From Camelus dromedarius (Eukaryota): a stretch of DNA of 64,000 nucleotides. Shown here piece after piece: positions 38,050 through 49,936 of this stretch. Within the stretch, counting starts at the first letter, position 1. Each line of letters opens with the position of its first letter. The translations under genes and the position numbers were made by a program. The notes beneath the pieces were generated by a model that worked only from the letters and a program-made list of their open reading frames with translations, did not search any database and was not told the DNA's origin. The stretch covers positions 97,528,001-97,592,000 of the forward strand of contig NC_087436.1 of the NCBI RefSeq assembly GCF_036321535.1. Reading direction: 5' to 3'.

Positions 38050-39565
38050 TTTAGATTGTTGAAATTCCTCAGTACTCAGTCCTGGCCTCCTTCTTTGTGG
38101 TTTCTTATCCAGGCCATTACCTGGATTAATACTAATTAATTGTATTATATTATTACTCATGTTGTATTATTACGTTCACATATGACTGAAAAACTCACTT
38201 ACATAACTCTCTGTTGAGCTTCTGACTGATATATCAGGTACCCCCACTTGAAGATCTGATGTGTCAAACTTAACACATTAAACACACATACACTTCCTCC
38301 TGTACCCCAAATTTGTTCTTTGTTATTTTGCCAATATTTCCCATTTCAATTAATGCCACCATTCATCTCTTCCACTGTTAACATTAAAAATGCCAAAGTT
38401 ATAACTGAATTTTTCTTTGCTCATCCTTCACATTTAATTCACAAGCTGGTCCATTGATGCCCCCCAACAGTATCTTCTCTCAGTCTTCCCTGCTAATAAC
38501 TTAGAACAAGATACAAATTTACTCTTACCTTAACTATGGCAAGGACTTCCTAACTGGTCCCCTTTCACTCTTGCCACTTTATCGTCCTTTTGCAAGAGAG
38601 GGGCAAGAGTGATCTCTTATCCATGTCATTATAGGTCAAACTGTGTTCTTCCAAAATGATATGTTAAGGTCTTAACCTCCAGTACTTCCAAATGTGACCT
38701 TGTGTGGAAACAGGGTCAGTGCAGATATAAGCAGTTAAGATGACTAGTATTCCCATAAGTGGATGGCCCTATAAAGGCAAGACATACAGGAAGAATGTGT
38801 AAGATCAAAGTAGAGATTGGAGTTACACTATCACAAGCCAAGAAGTGCCTGCGGATAACCAGAAATGCCTGGAAGGAGCAAGGAAGCACCCTCCTCCAAA
38901 GGCTTTGGAGAGAACGCCGCATGGTAAACACCTTGATTCAGATGTCAAGCCTCTAAAACTGTGAGAGCATACATTTCTGTTGTTTTACAACTCAGTTTGT
39001 AGTACTTGGTTGCAGCAGCTCTCGTAAATTAATACACATGTAGAATAGATCAGGTTAGTCCTCTGCTTAGAACCTTCCTCTGATGTTATAGAGCAACCTT
39101 ATCCTGGTCCCACAGCCTTCAAGACCTCATCTCTATCTACTTGACTGCAGCCCTCATCACTACACGCCAAGAGGCCACTCCACTCCACAGCGGTCTCTTC
39201 TCTGCTCCTCTTCCACAGAACAAAACTTATTTCCTCCAGGCCTTTAGCCTTGTCTTTTCCTGGACCAGGAAGCTTCTCAGGCTCTTTCTATGACAAGTTG
39301 CTTCTCCTCATTTAGATCTCAGCTCAAGGGACATGTCTCTGGAGAGACCCACCCCAACCATCCCATGTTAAGTGCCCTTCGAGTCATTCTTGATCGAATT
39401 ACCTTATTTCTTCTACAGCAGTTTTCACTGTTCAATATTATTTTGTTCATTAATATGTTTGTCCTTTTTGGGTAGAATGAACAGGTACGTTATCTGTCTT
39501 CTTTAATATTGTATTCCTAGAATATGACAGGACTCAATAAATCCTTGCTAGATGGATAAATAAAT
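38050..39565 (+). mobile_element. L2 3' portion, interrupted by MLT1
   Basis: 'cttcctaactggtccc', 'ctgcttagaaccttc', 'cttctcctcatttagatctcagctcaa', tail 'gactcaataaatccttgctagatggataaataaat'. Confidence 0.85.
38627..39036 (+). mobile_element. MaLR solo LTR (MLT1C-like) nested in L2
   Basis: Perfect 5-bp TSD CATGT (38622-38626, 39037-39041); 'cctccagtacttccaaatgtgaccttgtgtggaaacagggtc...aactgtgagagcatacatttctgttgtttt...taataca'. Confidence 0.9.
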
Positions 39566-40273
39566 CCTTCTGTAATAATACTACAGGAAAAGGTCAATGT
39601 AATACTTCATATTGTCAACTTTCTCTTTCTGTTTGCTGTGCTTTGAGGCAACACATTCCACCTTGTCTTTCCCCTACTGACTCCTTCAATAAATGATACT
39701 AGATTTGCTCATGTTTGCTTGTGTTTCTCTATTCTTCTCAGGTGCCAGCTCATAATTTAAACTGTATGAATGAAGTCCACCTATTGTTGCATCCTTAACT
39801 GTAATCATTTTTATGAGGGCCTTGAACTTTTAGTTAGAAGGTGACTGCCATTTAGGAAGACTCAGAAATTCAATTCTGAGTGTGACTGTCCATAGCAGAC
39901 TTTCTTCTTCATCTTACGATTTTGTTTCTATTCTGCTATTAATTTGCAAAGCCAATAACAAGACTTGATAGGATTGTTTTGTGGAATAATTGTAGAATTT
40001 GAGACTGGTCACTTCTCATATGAGTAAGCCACAAGCACTGTATTCGTGACATTGGAGGCATCTGTTTTACTTGCTAAGTCTTTTTTTCTCCATGATCTTT
40101 AATGTTACAGTCTGTTGAAATTCTAGGACAGTTAAATTTTAGGTAATTAAGGCACTGTATATTGATAATTTATCTATTTATCTATCTTCCTATCTGTAGT
40201 TAAAAAAATGTTTAGTTGTGTTCCCAAAAAGTCTGAAGATACATATATGCAATGTATATTTGTATGAGTAGTG

Positions 40274-40360
40274 TATGGTGACCAGATGTCCTGGTTTGGG
40301 ATGGAGGGATTTCATGGCACTAGGGTGATCTTGGGCAAACTGGGGTGGTTGGTCACCTTG
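40274..40360. mobile_element. Non-autonomous hAT-Blackjack MITE (MER81-like)
   Basis: TIRs 'tatggtgacca' / 'tggtcaccttg'; subterminal 'gtcctggttt' and 'gggcaaactgggg'. Confidence 0.7.
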
Positions 40361-40434
40361 GCAGGATGAATATATTGTGTTTGTCTCTGACATGAAGGTA
40401 TTTTTTATAATATCACAATTAATACATACTCATA

Positions 40435-40584
40435 ATAATTGTATGAGATGGATTTTATTATCATCCCCATAAACCAAGTGTGAATTCAAGAGCAGTAGCT
40501 TCATGTTCTAGGTTACAAAGCTAAATTCTTCCAAAGCTTGAGTTCAAACCTAGCTTTGTCTGTCTTTAGAGTCTGAGATCTTTA
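40435..40584 (-). mobile_element. MIR fragment (target of the young L1)
   Basis: 'tatgagatggattttattatcatcccca...gagttcaaacctagctttgtctg'. Confidence 0.55.
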
Positions 40585-41407
40585 TTTTTATTTTTATTTT
40601 TTTAACATTTTTTATTGAGTTATAGTCATTTTACAATGTTGTGTTAAATTCCAGTGTAGAGCACATTTTTTCAGTTATACATGAACATACATATATTCAT
40701 TGTCACTTTTTTTTCCCGCTGTGAGCTACAAGATCTTGTATGTATTTCCCTATATAATATACAGTATAATCTTATTTATCTGTTCTACATATGCCTGTCA
40801 GTATCTACAAATTTTGAAATCCCAGTCTGAAATCCCAGTCTGTCCCTTCCCATGCCTCTCCCCCTTGGCAACCACAAGTTTGTATTCTATGTCTATGAGT
40901 CTGTTTCTGTTTTGTATTTATGGTTTGTTTGTTTGTTTGTTTGCTTTTAGATTCCACATATGAGTGATCTCATATGGTATTTTTCTTTCTCTTTCTGGCT
41001 TACTTCACTTAGAATGACATTCTCCGGGGACATCCACGTTGCTGCAAATGGTGTTCTGTTGTCATTTTTATGGCTGAATAGTATTCCATTGTATAAATAT
41101 ACCACCTCTTCTTTATCTAGTCATCTGTTGATGGACATTTAGGCTGCTTCCATGTCTTGGTTATTATAAATAGTGCTGCTATGAACACTGGGGTGCAGGT
41201 GTCATTTTTAAATAGGGTTCCTTCTGGATATATGCCCAGGAGTGGGATTCCTGGGTCATAAGGTAAGTCTATTCCTAGTATTTTGAGGAATCTCCATACT
41301 GTTTTCCACAGTGGCTGCACCAAACTGCATTCCCACCAGCAGTGTAGGGGGGTTCCCTTTCCTCCACAGCCTCTCTAGCATTTGTCATTTGTGGAATTTT
41401 GAATGAT
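40585..41407 (-). mobile_element. Young 5'-truncated L1 (ORF2 C-terminus plus 3'UTR)
   Basis: ORF 41117-41323 [32 protein letters not shown]...TWKQPKCPSTDD is L1 ORF2p C-terminal sequence; poly-T tail; 16-bp TSD gagYctgagatcttta (40569-40584, 41408-41423). Confidence 0.97.
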
Positions 41408-42229
41408 GAGCCTGAGATCTTTAGACTGTACAGAAATAGATGGGTTCCCATCAGACAAAATTCTCTCTCAATGAAACTGATCTAATAAAGAAACTCCAGG
41501 AGACAATAAGTTTTTCTGGGATCAGAGTGTTTTATGACTTATTTGGATATTACTGATTATTGATATAACTGCCTCATTTATACAAAACTGAGAAATATAT
41601 TAAAATCTGCCTAAAATTGAGAGATTTTTGTCAGAATTGTCCTTTCTATGAAATCTGTGTACATACTTTTTAAACTATCACAATAGTGTTGCTATTTTAT
41701 GTAAAGGTCATAATTGCATGTATAAGTGAATCAGGACTTCATATCTGGCTTTCATCAAACAAGCTGTTTGGCCTCTTAGGGTGAAAAAAAAATTACTTTC
41801 ATATATGTCTACCCAAAGCACTATGTAGAATCTGACTGTGGTGAAATGAGTTGATTAAAAAATTATATTTCACAAGTTGAACAATTTAGACTACCACTAG
41901 ATTGCCTGTACATATTATGAACATATCACAACAGCTTGAATCTGAAAAATGGAGAGCAGTAGCAGTCAAATTGTCCATTTCATACATTAATTGTCATAAA
42001 CTTCTAGAGCACTTAGTATGGTTGGAGAATTGTTTCATACCATTAGTATTTTAAATTTGCTATAAATGATTTTTATATTTGGCACAATATAATGCAGAAA
42101 TAAATTCAAAACCATAGTTCATATGGAAAGATCTAGCTTATAAACAATATGAAATTCACAGCAGTTGTTCATATTTCAGTCTTTAATTCTTTGAAGGAAA
42201 TGTTTCCAGTGGATGTTCATCCGGCTGCA

Positions 42230-42440
42230 CTGTTACCAAGAACGTGATCCCTGTATTCAGGCAGCATGTCTTAGGATCCCAGCTCTGCCAGCTGTGAATT
42301 ATGTAGTCATGGATAAATTCCTTTCCTTCTCAGTGCCTCAAGTCTCTGGTCCCTACTTCTTCAAGTGTTTGATTACTTGAGATAACATCTGTACATCACT
42401 TAGAATTGTGGCTGACACAATGAGCTTACTCATGTGTCAT
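42230..42440 (+). mobile_element. MIR
   Basis: 'atcccagctctgcca...gtagtcatggataaatt...tcagtgcctca...tgagataacatctgtacatcacttagaattgtggctgacaca'. Confidence 0.7.
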
Positions 42441-42590
42441 TCTATATATAGTCTTTGATCTTTAAATTAAATTATAGACTACATTATGGCATGTATTGTT
42501 TCAAATATAGGTTTTATTTTCGTTAGTGTTATTGCTAGCAAACTTAAAAATATCTCAAATATCTTGTTGGTGAAATTAAGATGTAAACAA

Positions 42591-42891
42591 AACTCATGGT
42601 TACCTGGGGAGGGAAGGGGGTGGGAAGGGATAAAATGGGAGTTCAAGATTTGCAGAAACTAACTACTCTATATAAAACAGATAAACCACAAGTTTCTGTA
42701 TAGCACAGGGAACTATATTCAATATCTTATAGTAACCTATAATGAAAAATACTATGAAAAGGAATACATGTGTGTATGTGTATGACTGAAACACTATGCT
42801 GTAGATCAGAAATTGACACAACATTGTAAACTGACTATACTTCAATAATAAACTAAACATAAAATGTGAAACTGTTCCACTTAAAAAAAAA
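42591..42891 (+). mobile_element. Young 5'-truncated L1 3' end with extra 3' sequence before the poly(A)
   Basis: G-rich 3'UTR and 'aattgacacaacattgtaaactgactatacttcaat'; 13-bp TSD aagatgtMaacaa (42578-42590, 42892-42904) at a TT/AAGA endonuclease site. Confidence 0.93.
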
Positions 42892-43141
42892 AAGATGTCA
42901 ACAACAAATGAGTTTGTATTCCTCGTGTGAGGCTGACCATTAATATTGCATTCTTTACATCTAAATTGAAATAAAAGGCACTATGTTTCTATGCTGTGTA
43001 AGTGGATAACTGACATTTCTCAGATGTGTGGAAAGAACCTTTACTGAGCACATCCCAGAGGCAGAGTCAGCAAAAATGTTCTTAGTTCTGTTCGGGTGTC
43101 TCTAACAGATTGCCAGGAAAGATTAACTGTTGCAGTTAAAA

Positions 43142-43309
43142 CAGCTGCTTGTTCAAACCATTTTGGTCTTTTTATATCTTGTGTTCATTCTGGTTCCAGG
43201 TGGAATTGGCCCGCTTGTTAAGAAGAGCTGCAGGTAGTCCAGCAGCTGGTTCAAAAAGTCTGCTCTTCTTGTATGTTTTGTTCATTGTGTTTTGACATCG
43301 AATTGGCCC
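43142..43309. repeat. Diverged ~98-bp-period tandem duplication in non-TE sequence
   Basis: Hand alignment of 43142-43212 with 43240-43309: 53/71 identical, both ending GAATTGGCCC. Confidence 0.8.
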
Positions 43310-44095
43310 AGTTGTTTTTGGAAAGCCCCCGAGGGAAAGTTTTTACAAAAGAGTTTCATAACCTTTTCAAGGAGACAAATATACCTTCCATTTTTACTTC
43401 CTTTGGCAAGTAAAATAGGCCATTCAGGAAACCCAGTTGTAAAGCTTTGCCCTGAAATACACTGAGGAAAGTGGTATCGAGTTCAATAAATTAACCAGGG
43501 ACTGGATAAATCTCCGGATTTTCATGCTCAGCTTTTTCATTTTTATAAATGGGGTGTTCGGCTATTACAATGGAGATTTCTGTATTTGTTTGTGTGTAGG
43601 AAGGTTTTTGTGTACATAAAACACCAAAAGGACATTGTCCTGCTGAAGCTTGCTTTAGAGGAGTTTAACCACCCCTTACTACAGAACTTTCCCTACCTGG
43701 TGTACAGTAACAGGGCTTTTGGATCGTGTCCATCACAGTCTTTTAAACATTTAAAATTATCAAAAAGAAAGTATACTTTATAAGCATATATTTGTATATG
43801 TGTATATTTACAATAATAATATCCAGATACTATACATAGCTTCATGCTATTAAGGTGAAACTCCTTCTGCTCCTCTGGGTTTTTGATTCTAGATATTTTG
43901 AAATTCAGTTCTGAGTTTCATGTAATTACATTTCCCCCACCTCCAACAAACAAGTCACATGAAAAGCTATTAACATATAATTGGAGAAATGACTTTCTCG
44001 CACATTTGTTCTTTCTGGAAAACTACTGGACATAAAAAAAATCTATATACAAATCTCTTCTTATGTTAATTAAAATCCTTAGCTGACTCTAATAT

Positions 44096-44547
44096 TGTGA
44101 AGGAAAAGCTGGGCTGGTCTGACAAGATAACTCATAAGTCTAGGAATGTGAAGGAGAGGCTGGGCTGGGCTAACAAGTCTAAGTATTGGAATACTGATCT
44201 GAGTTCTGCTGGACTAACTTGTAAATCTAAGTTAATTAGTGTTGGTTTGCTGTTTATGTTTTTTGCTAGCCAGCTGGATTTTCAAAGATACATATCTGGC
44301 TTTGGAATGTTGGTTTGCTGCCTCCCTGCCTCCACTTTTGTGATGATAATGCTGCTAAAGCTGTTCCATGCCTACCGGCCAAATACCCCAAGCTTGTACT
44401 TTACCCTATAAAACCTCATGTGCCCATCTTGAAGGTGCTCAGAGCTTCGGAGCAGAAGCCCCTCTGAGCCCACCGGCGTAATACATCTGAGTACTCCAAC
44501 CCTCCGAGTGGTGCTTGTTTCTTGACTGGCCTGTCGTTTCCGTAACA
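44096..44547 (+). mobile_element. Young ERV1-type solo LTR, 452 bp
   Basis: TGTGA...TAACA termini; perfect 4-bp TSD ATAT (44092-44095, 44548-44551); TATAAAA 44407-44413; AATACA 44480-44485; several intact CpGs. Confidence 0.92.
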
Positions 44548-44701
44548 ATATCATTTATATATATTTTTGGCATGCTCGCTATCTTCATGCTTTTCAGATG
44601 CAGCCCTCATTTAAATCCATTGTGATAAGAAATAAACAATGAAATCATTAATTTAAATAATACAAGTATAATTCTGAGTAAGTATTAGTAGCATAAAATA
44701 T

Positions 44702-45160
44702 TCTTAAAGAGAAAAACCACAAGCCCCAAATGGTGTCATTTGTTCTAAAGTCCATGACACCAAACCTAGATTTAATACTTAACCTAACTGTTGCTTCAAC
44801 CTTCCTCAGAAGGTCATAATTAACTAGGAATTTTCTGGTCAGCACCAGTGCGGTAATCTATCACGTGGATCCTCTCTAATTCCCCCTCCACCAATGAGAA
44901 AGAAGAGGAAATTTGCATGATAAAATGCTTGCAATTCTCTTTCCACAGACATGAGGGTGTCCTGACCTAAAAATAATCCTTTCTTTTCTTTTGCTAATAG
45001 CTCCTTCACCTCACCCTTCTCCCTATAAAACCCACCCATTGTGTATGAGTCTACCCAAGCATTCTACTAATTGCTAGATGAAATGCTGCCTGAGTCATGA
45101 ACTGCTGAATAAAGCCAATTAGATTTTCAAATTTACTCAGTTGAACTTTGTTTTTTAAGA
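44702..45160 (+). mobile_element. ERV1-type solo LTR (second family)
   Basis: Decayed termini t(c)ttaaa...tttaa(g)a; TSD atat/acat; TATAAAA 45024-45030; AATAAA 45108-45113. Confidence 0.82.
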
Positions 45161-45468
45161 ACATGTAGCTTATTAATCCATTTGTTTTCACAAGACAAGT
45201 TATAATTCAGTGGTTGGCTGAATGACCCATCATAAATGTGGAGAAAACAAGATGATGAATTATAAAGTTTTGTCTCATGATTGTTTTGGAAACCATTGTA
45301 TATCCAACATAAAGTACAGCATATAACATAGGGTAATTAATTAGGCAACTAATAAATTAAAAAATGATTTCTAATTCATTGTAAGTCTCTTTAATATAGG
45401 AGTTGGTTACCATATAGGTATATCTATATCTATGATTAGATAAACATCAACCGTCAATATTCTAAGAT

Positions 45469-46086
45469 TTCTACCAATAACAGAGCAGATAGATAGCTAG
45501 ATATGAGAAGAGGAAGGGGGACACTGGCCAAAAGGCAGAAAACCATACATCATGTGAACAACGTGGGGGAGGGTGTCCTTGGGCAGTCAGAGAAAAGCAG
45601 GAACCTTGGGACTGGTAAGATATCACACATTTTAAGATGACAAGTGTCCTGGAGGCAGGCAAAGAAAGGTGGGAAAAGGCAGGAATCTCCAGTGTCCAAT
45701 GTAACCTTCTGCTCTTTTATGTCCTCATTACAATAAAATTGGACTTGCAGATTAGAAATACCCATCATGCACTGCCACCATGACATTTCCAATTCAGACT
45801 AAATAAAGGCAAAAATCCCTCCTCCCCTTGTGAAGGTGGAGCTGAAAATCAAGGAATACAACCCCAAACCCTTCCCTCCACAGTGAATATTCTGCCTGTT
45901 CATTTTTACCCTCCATGTAGCTAACTTACCAAAGAAGCTCGGTGCAGCTGCTCACCTGAACCTGACTGCTCTCTCCTTGAGAGCATATATTTATCCTTTA
46001 ATAAATCCTCACTTTACTTTCTTGACCTCCGTGTCTCATCTCTGAATTCTTTTCGTGAAGAGACAAGAATCTAATCACTGGCAACA
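45469..46086 (+). mobile_element. ERV1-type solo LTR, same family as 4205-4789
   Basis: Shared blocks 'agatagctagat', 'cagaaaaccatacatc', 'gacaagtgtcctggaggca', 'aaaaatccctcctcccc', 'ctttcttgacctc'; AATAAA 46000-46005; ends ...GGCAACA; TSD not resolved. Confidence 0.88.
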
Positions 46087-46169
46087 CCAACACTCTTGAG
46101 ATAATTAACATAATTTATGATAAATCAACTAGGAATGATTTATTTAAACAAATTAACAAGATTATTCTA

Positions 46170-47275
46170 GAAATGACAACATATCTGGCATTGGACTAAT
46201 GCCCATGCAAGTAACAACTGTAAACACTGTACAAAATATAAATCAGCTCTTCAAATACACTAAGGATCGGCCATAATAAGCAAATACGAAAAGATTATCA
46301 ACTCTTGAAAGAAGAAACACACATTCACTGAGCGACATTCACCATTATACAATGTTTTCTCAGAGTCATTCCCCAGGCAGTGTGACATGAAGACTCCTGA
46401 AATATAAACATAAAGGCACAGTTTTATTGACTTAAGGTATCAGAGGAGAGAGTTTAGGGCTGTCAGAGTGAATGAGAACTGAGGCAGGGAGATCCAGGAA
46501 AGGAGGGATACCTAAAATCTGTGTATAAATTCCCTCAAATCTTTGCCTGACCCTAAACTTCATGTGTTTGGAGTTCCTACTAAAAGCAACAACTGGAAAG
46601 CTAAAAAAAATAAAAAGAAGAAGAAAAAAGGACAAATGTTTTAGCTGATATCTATTGCAATAGAAACACAGTTTGCTGTTTGAGTTCTGCCAAGTTTGAT
46701 GAGTTTACACAAATCTGCATCACCCAATGTTAAAATCGAGCCTCCACAGATTCCTGGTGATCACTTAATAATTCATCTGCCTTCCATGAGAATAATCAAG
46801 TAACCTTACAGAACATAAAGAATCAGGAGCAATGTCTTCAATAAATGAAAAGTCACTAGAAATGTGTAGGACAAGAAAATGTGGCATTTTGTTAAGAAAA
46901 AAGCAGTCAATAGGAACAGAGCCCAAGATGACTCAGATGTTGGAATTATCAGAAAATACTTTTTTTTTTTAAAAAAAGGAAAAGACAGCCATAATACTAA
47001 ATAGATGGGAAATCTCACTAGCAAGATGGAACTGCAAGAAAAAAATCAAATTGAAATTCTGGAAGTGAAAAATACAGTATCTTAAGTTAAAACAAAATAC
47101 AGAATAGGCCTAACAGTATATTGGTGATGGCAGAAAAAAAGGATCAGTAAATCTGAAGACAGATCAATAGAAATTATCCAACCTGAAGAACAGAGAGGAA
47201 AAGGTTTAAAAAAAAAATCAATGGAAATAACATCAGTGACTTGCACGGCAATAACAGGCAATTTCAAATTTGTGT
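46170..47275 (+). mobile_element. Old L1 5' region with ORF1 coiled-coil remnant
   Basis: ~47040-47210 translates NQIEILEVKNTVS...RISKSEDRSIEIIQPEEQRGK (L1 ORF1p-like), with stops and frameshifts. Confidence 0.8.
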
Positions 47276-47844
47276 AATATATTCCCTGACAGCCTACTGT
47301 GGATGTCTGTGCTTTCCTTTATTTCATTCCTGTTTGTTTCCTTCTTAGTTTTACCCAAATCTATAGTACCTCGCATAATAATATTTAAAAGTTTCATTAT
47401 CTCAATCTTTGTTATACATAATTGTGATTGGCTTTGACAACTTATATTTGGAGGGGGGGAACTTGCATTTATTGGATTAAAAGATACCACAGTCTGGCTT
47501 TCCTATGATACTAAGACTGAAATCTGATGTAGAGAGAGTGGGAGCCCTGAAAATGCCAGCATTTGCATCACACTTCACTTTCCTTAAACATTTGCTTCTC
47601 AAACTTTTATACATCAAGAAACACAGATAAAATGATGTTGTTTTTACAGATCACTGGAGAAAATGAAAAAACCCTCTTTGAAGCTGGAGGTACCCAGACT
47701 AGGCCACCTCACATCTCTCAGACCCACCACTAAGAGAATCAATGGCTCACGTATAAATCATTTGTAGCTCCTTGATTAGGACTCTCTGCCCAGTCTACAT
47801 CTACTGATCAACTCTAGCACTTTGATTGTATTAAAGGCTACTCA

Positions 47845-48490
47845 TTTATTCATTAAATCAATCAATTAGTCTTTATTCATTACACAAATATTATTAAACT
47901 TCCATTATGTGCCAGGCACTGATTTAAGTATGTATCAGTGAACAAAATACTCTTGTTATATTTGCATTCTGATAGTAATTGACAGAAAAAAAAAAGTAAA
48001 TGATATAAGACAATTCTAAGTACTTTAGAAAAAAGTCAGATAAACTAAGGGAAGATTTTGAGTAATGGGCAATGAATTTTTCAATAGATTAGTCAAACTT
48101 TACTGAGAAGGTGTCATTTGAACAAAGACTTGAAGGAGAGGAAGCAAGAGGGGAAGATTTGAATGTGTTTAGGTAGAGAAGGAGCCAGTGTGAATCCCCG
48201 AAGTGGAGGAATGCTTGACATTTTCAGGGAACACTGAGGAGGCAACTGTGGCTAGAAAACAGTGTGCGAAAGATTAGAAGAGGAAGTCAGGGAGGTGTAC
48301 AACTAGCTTAGGTCCTATTAAACATTATAAATATTCTGATTCTTACTTTGAAGAAAATGGGCAGCCATTGGAGGGTTTGAACAGAAAAAAATGCCATTGG
48401 CTAAGCTGCATTTTGAAAAAGGATCACCATAACTGCTTAGCTAAGAATGGACTATTGGAGGGAAGGTTAAGAGTAGAAGTAGGAGTTAAC
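47845..48490 (-). mobile_element. L2 3' portion
   Basis: 'attcattacacaaatattattaaacttccattatgtgccaggcactg...tcagtgaacaaaa', 'gagaaggtgtcatttgaacaaagacttgaagga', 'gccattggagggtttgaacag'. Confidence 0.85.
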
Positions 48491-49329
48491 CGCAATAGTA
48501 TGACAGACTTAATTTTATCCTTGTATGATGACATTGTGACAGTTAAACTATGTTTGGTTTGTTGGATTATAACATCACCAGTACAGATTTCTTTTCAGTT
48601 GCTTATTTTGGAGAAGACCTAAGGAGCAATTCTTCCAAATTTTTAGATTCATCATGTTGCATAGATCAGATTAATGAAGAAGCCACTGTTTTTAACATTT
48701 TCTTTCTCTTCTACTAATATCAGTTTCAGGATATTGGGGGTGATAGGTTTCTTTTAATGTACAGGAAAATTACTTTTCAATTTTTCATATTCAAAGATTG
48801 TACAGGCCTTTACTTGGGGTTATGGTAATTTCTCATTAATTTAGGTCTGAGTTCTTGTTTTCCAAATACAGAAGCAGGTGACAGTTAGCATCCTCTTCAA
48901 GTATTCAGATGTCTTATTTTTTATCTTTCACAAGCGTATCACAAAACATGCTGATTTATAGTCTCTTACATAAAGATATCTTTTGCATCTGTGCATGCTT
49001 TAGCAAATGAATCGATGTCTGATGGTTAATTAGTTTGTATGGCTGCAAACATTGATTCAGTTGAGCAAAACTGTGTGAACAAAGTTCTACGAAGGTACCA
49101 GTATATCAGTCACGAATGCTAGGAAACACACATCACATCAATGACCTCATCATTGTACATTCTAATACAAAAGTGAAGTTGGCTCTGACAGCTAAGATTT
49201 CTGCTGGGGCTACTGGCTTTTGCTGAGTGAAGAGTTTTTCAGTGGAAGATGAACTCAAATTTAAAATGCTCTTAGATCCTGATATCAGAGTAATTAAGGA
49301 CTTTCATTTTACTAATACACACATCTAAG

Positions 49330-49530
49330 TTCAAACCAAAGTTGTGAACTTAATATATATATCAACTTGGAAAAGTAACTAAGCCTCCCTAAATGTCAGC
49401 TTCCTTCTCTGTAGGGATGACTATAGTCTCTGTTTCATAGGATTGAGAAAAATTAAATGAGACAATGCATGTAAAGGGCTATCACAGGTTCTGTCATACA
49501 GTAGGTACTCAGTAAATGCCAACTATCATC
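49330..49530 (+). mobile_element. MIR
   Basis: 'ttaaatgagacaatgcatgtaaagggctatcacaggttctgtcatacagtaggtactcagtaaatg'. Confidence 0.8.
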
Positions 49531-49936
49531 ACGAAGGTTCTCATCAGTGTTGTTCTTTATGTTGATCAGTAGTAGAATTGTCTGTGGAATTCTCATCACA
49601 TATGAAAAAGCAGCATCATGGTTCTATATCTGTTTCTCTCAATAAAGATAACTCAGTTTGAAATAAATATGTATTTAATAAGTAGAAAATGGAGACGACT
49701 TTAAATACTTATATGAATGCATCCAAAAATACCAACTCAAGTTCAAAGGAAAACACATCTTCTTTAAAGAGAGATTTTATCTTGTTTACTTAATAGCAGA
49801 CTGTGCTTTCTTCAGTAGACAGTTTGTACACTTGACCTCAACATACCTAGTTGCACAAGAACTAAAAATATACATTCATATTCTATTTGTTTAAGAAGTA
49901 GACACACAAAGCATGAATATAACAGAGAGAATTTAC

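Noticed and set aside
41117..41323. Protein-coding gene
   Set aside because: ORF2 C-terminal fragment of a 5'-truncated L1
43152..43280. Minus-strand peptide RRADFLNQLLDYLQLFLTSGPIPPG as a coding exon
   Set aside because: In-frame stop immediately upstream, no acceptor, and the frame is not kept between the two duplicated units
4205..46086. Paired LTRs of one giant provirus
   Set aside because: 41 kb apart, structurally different, and the first has its own TATG TSD
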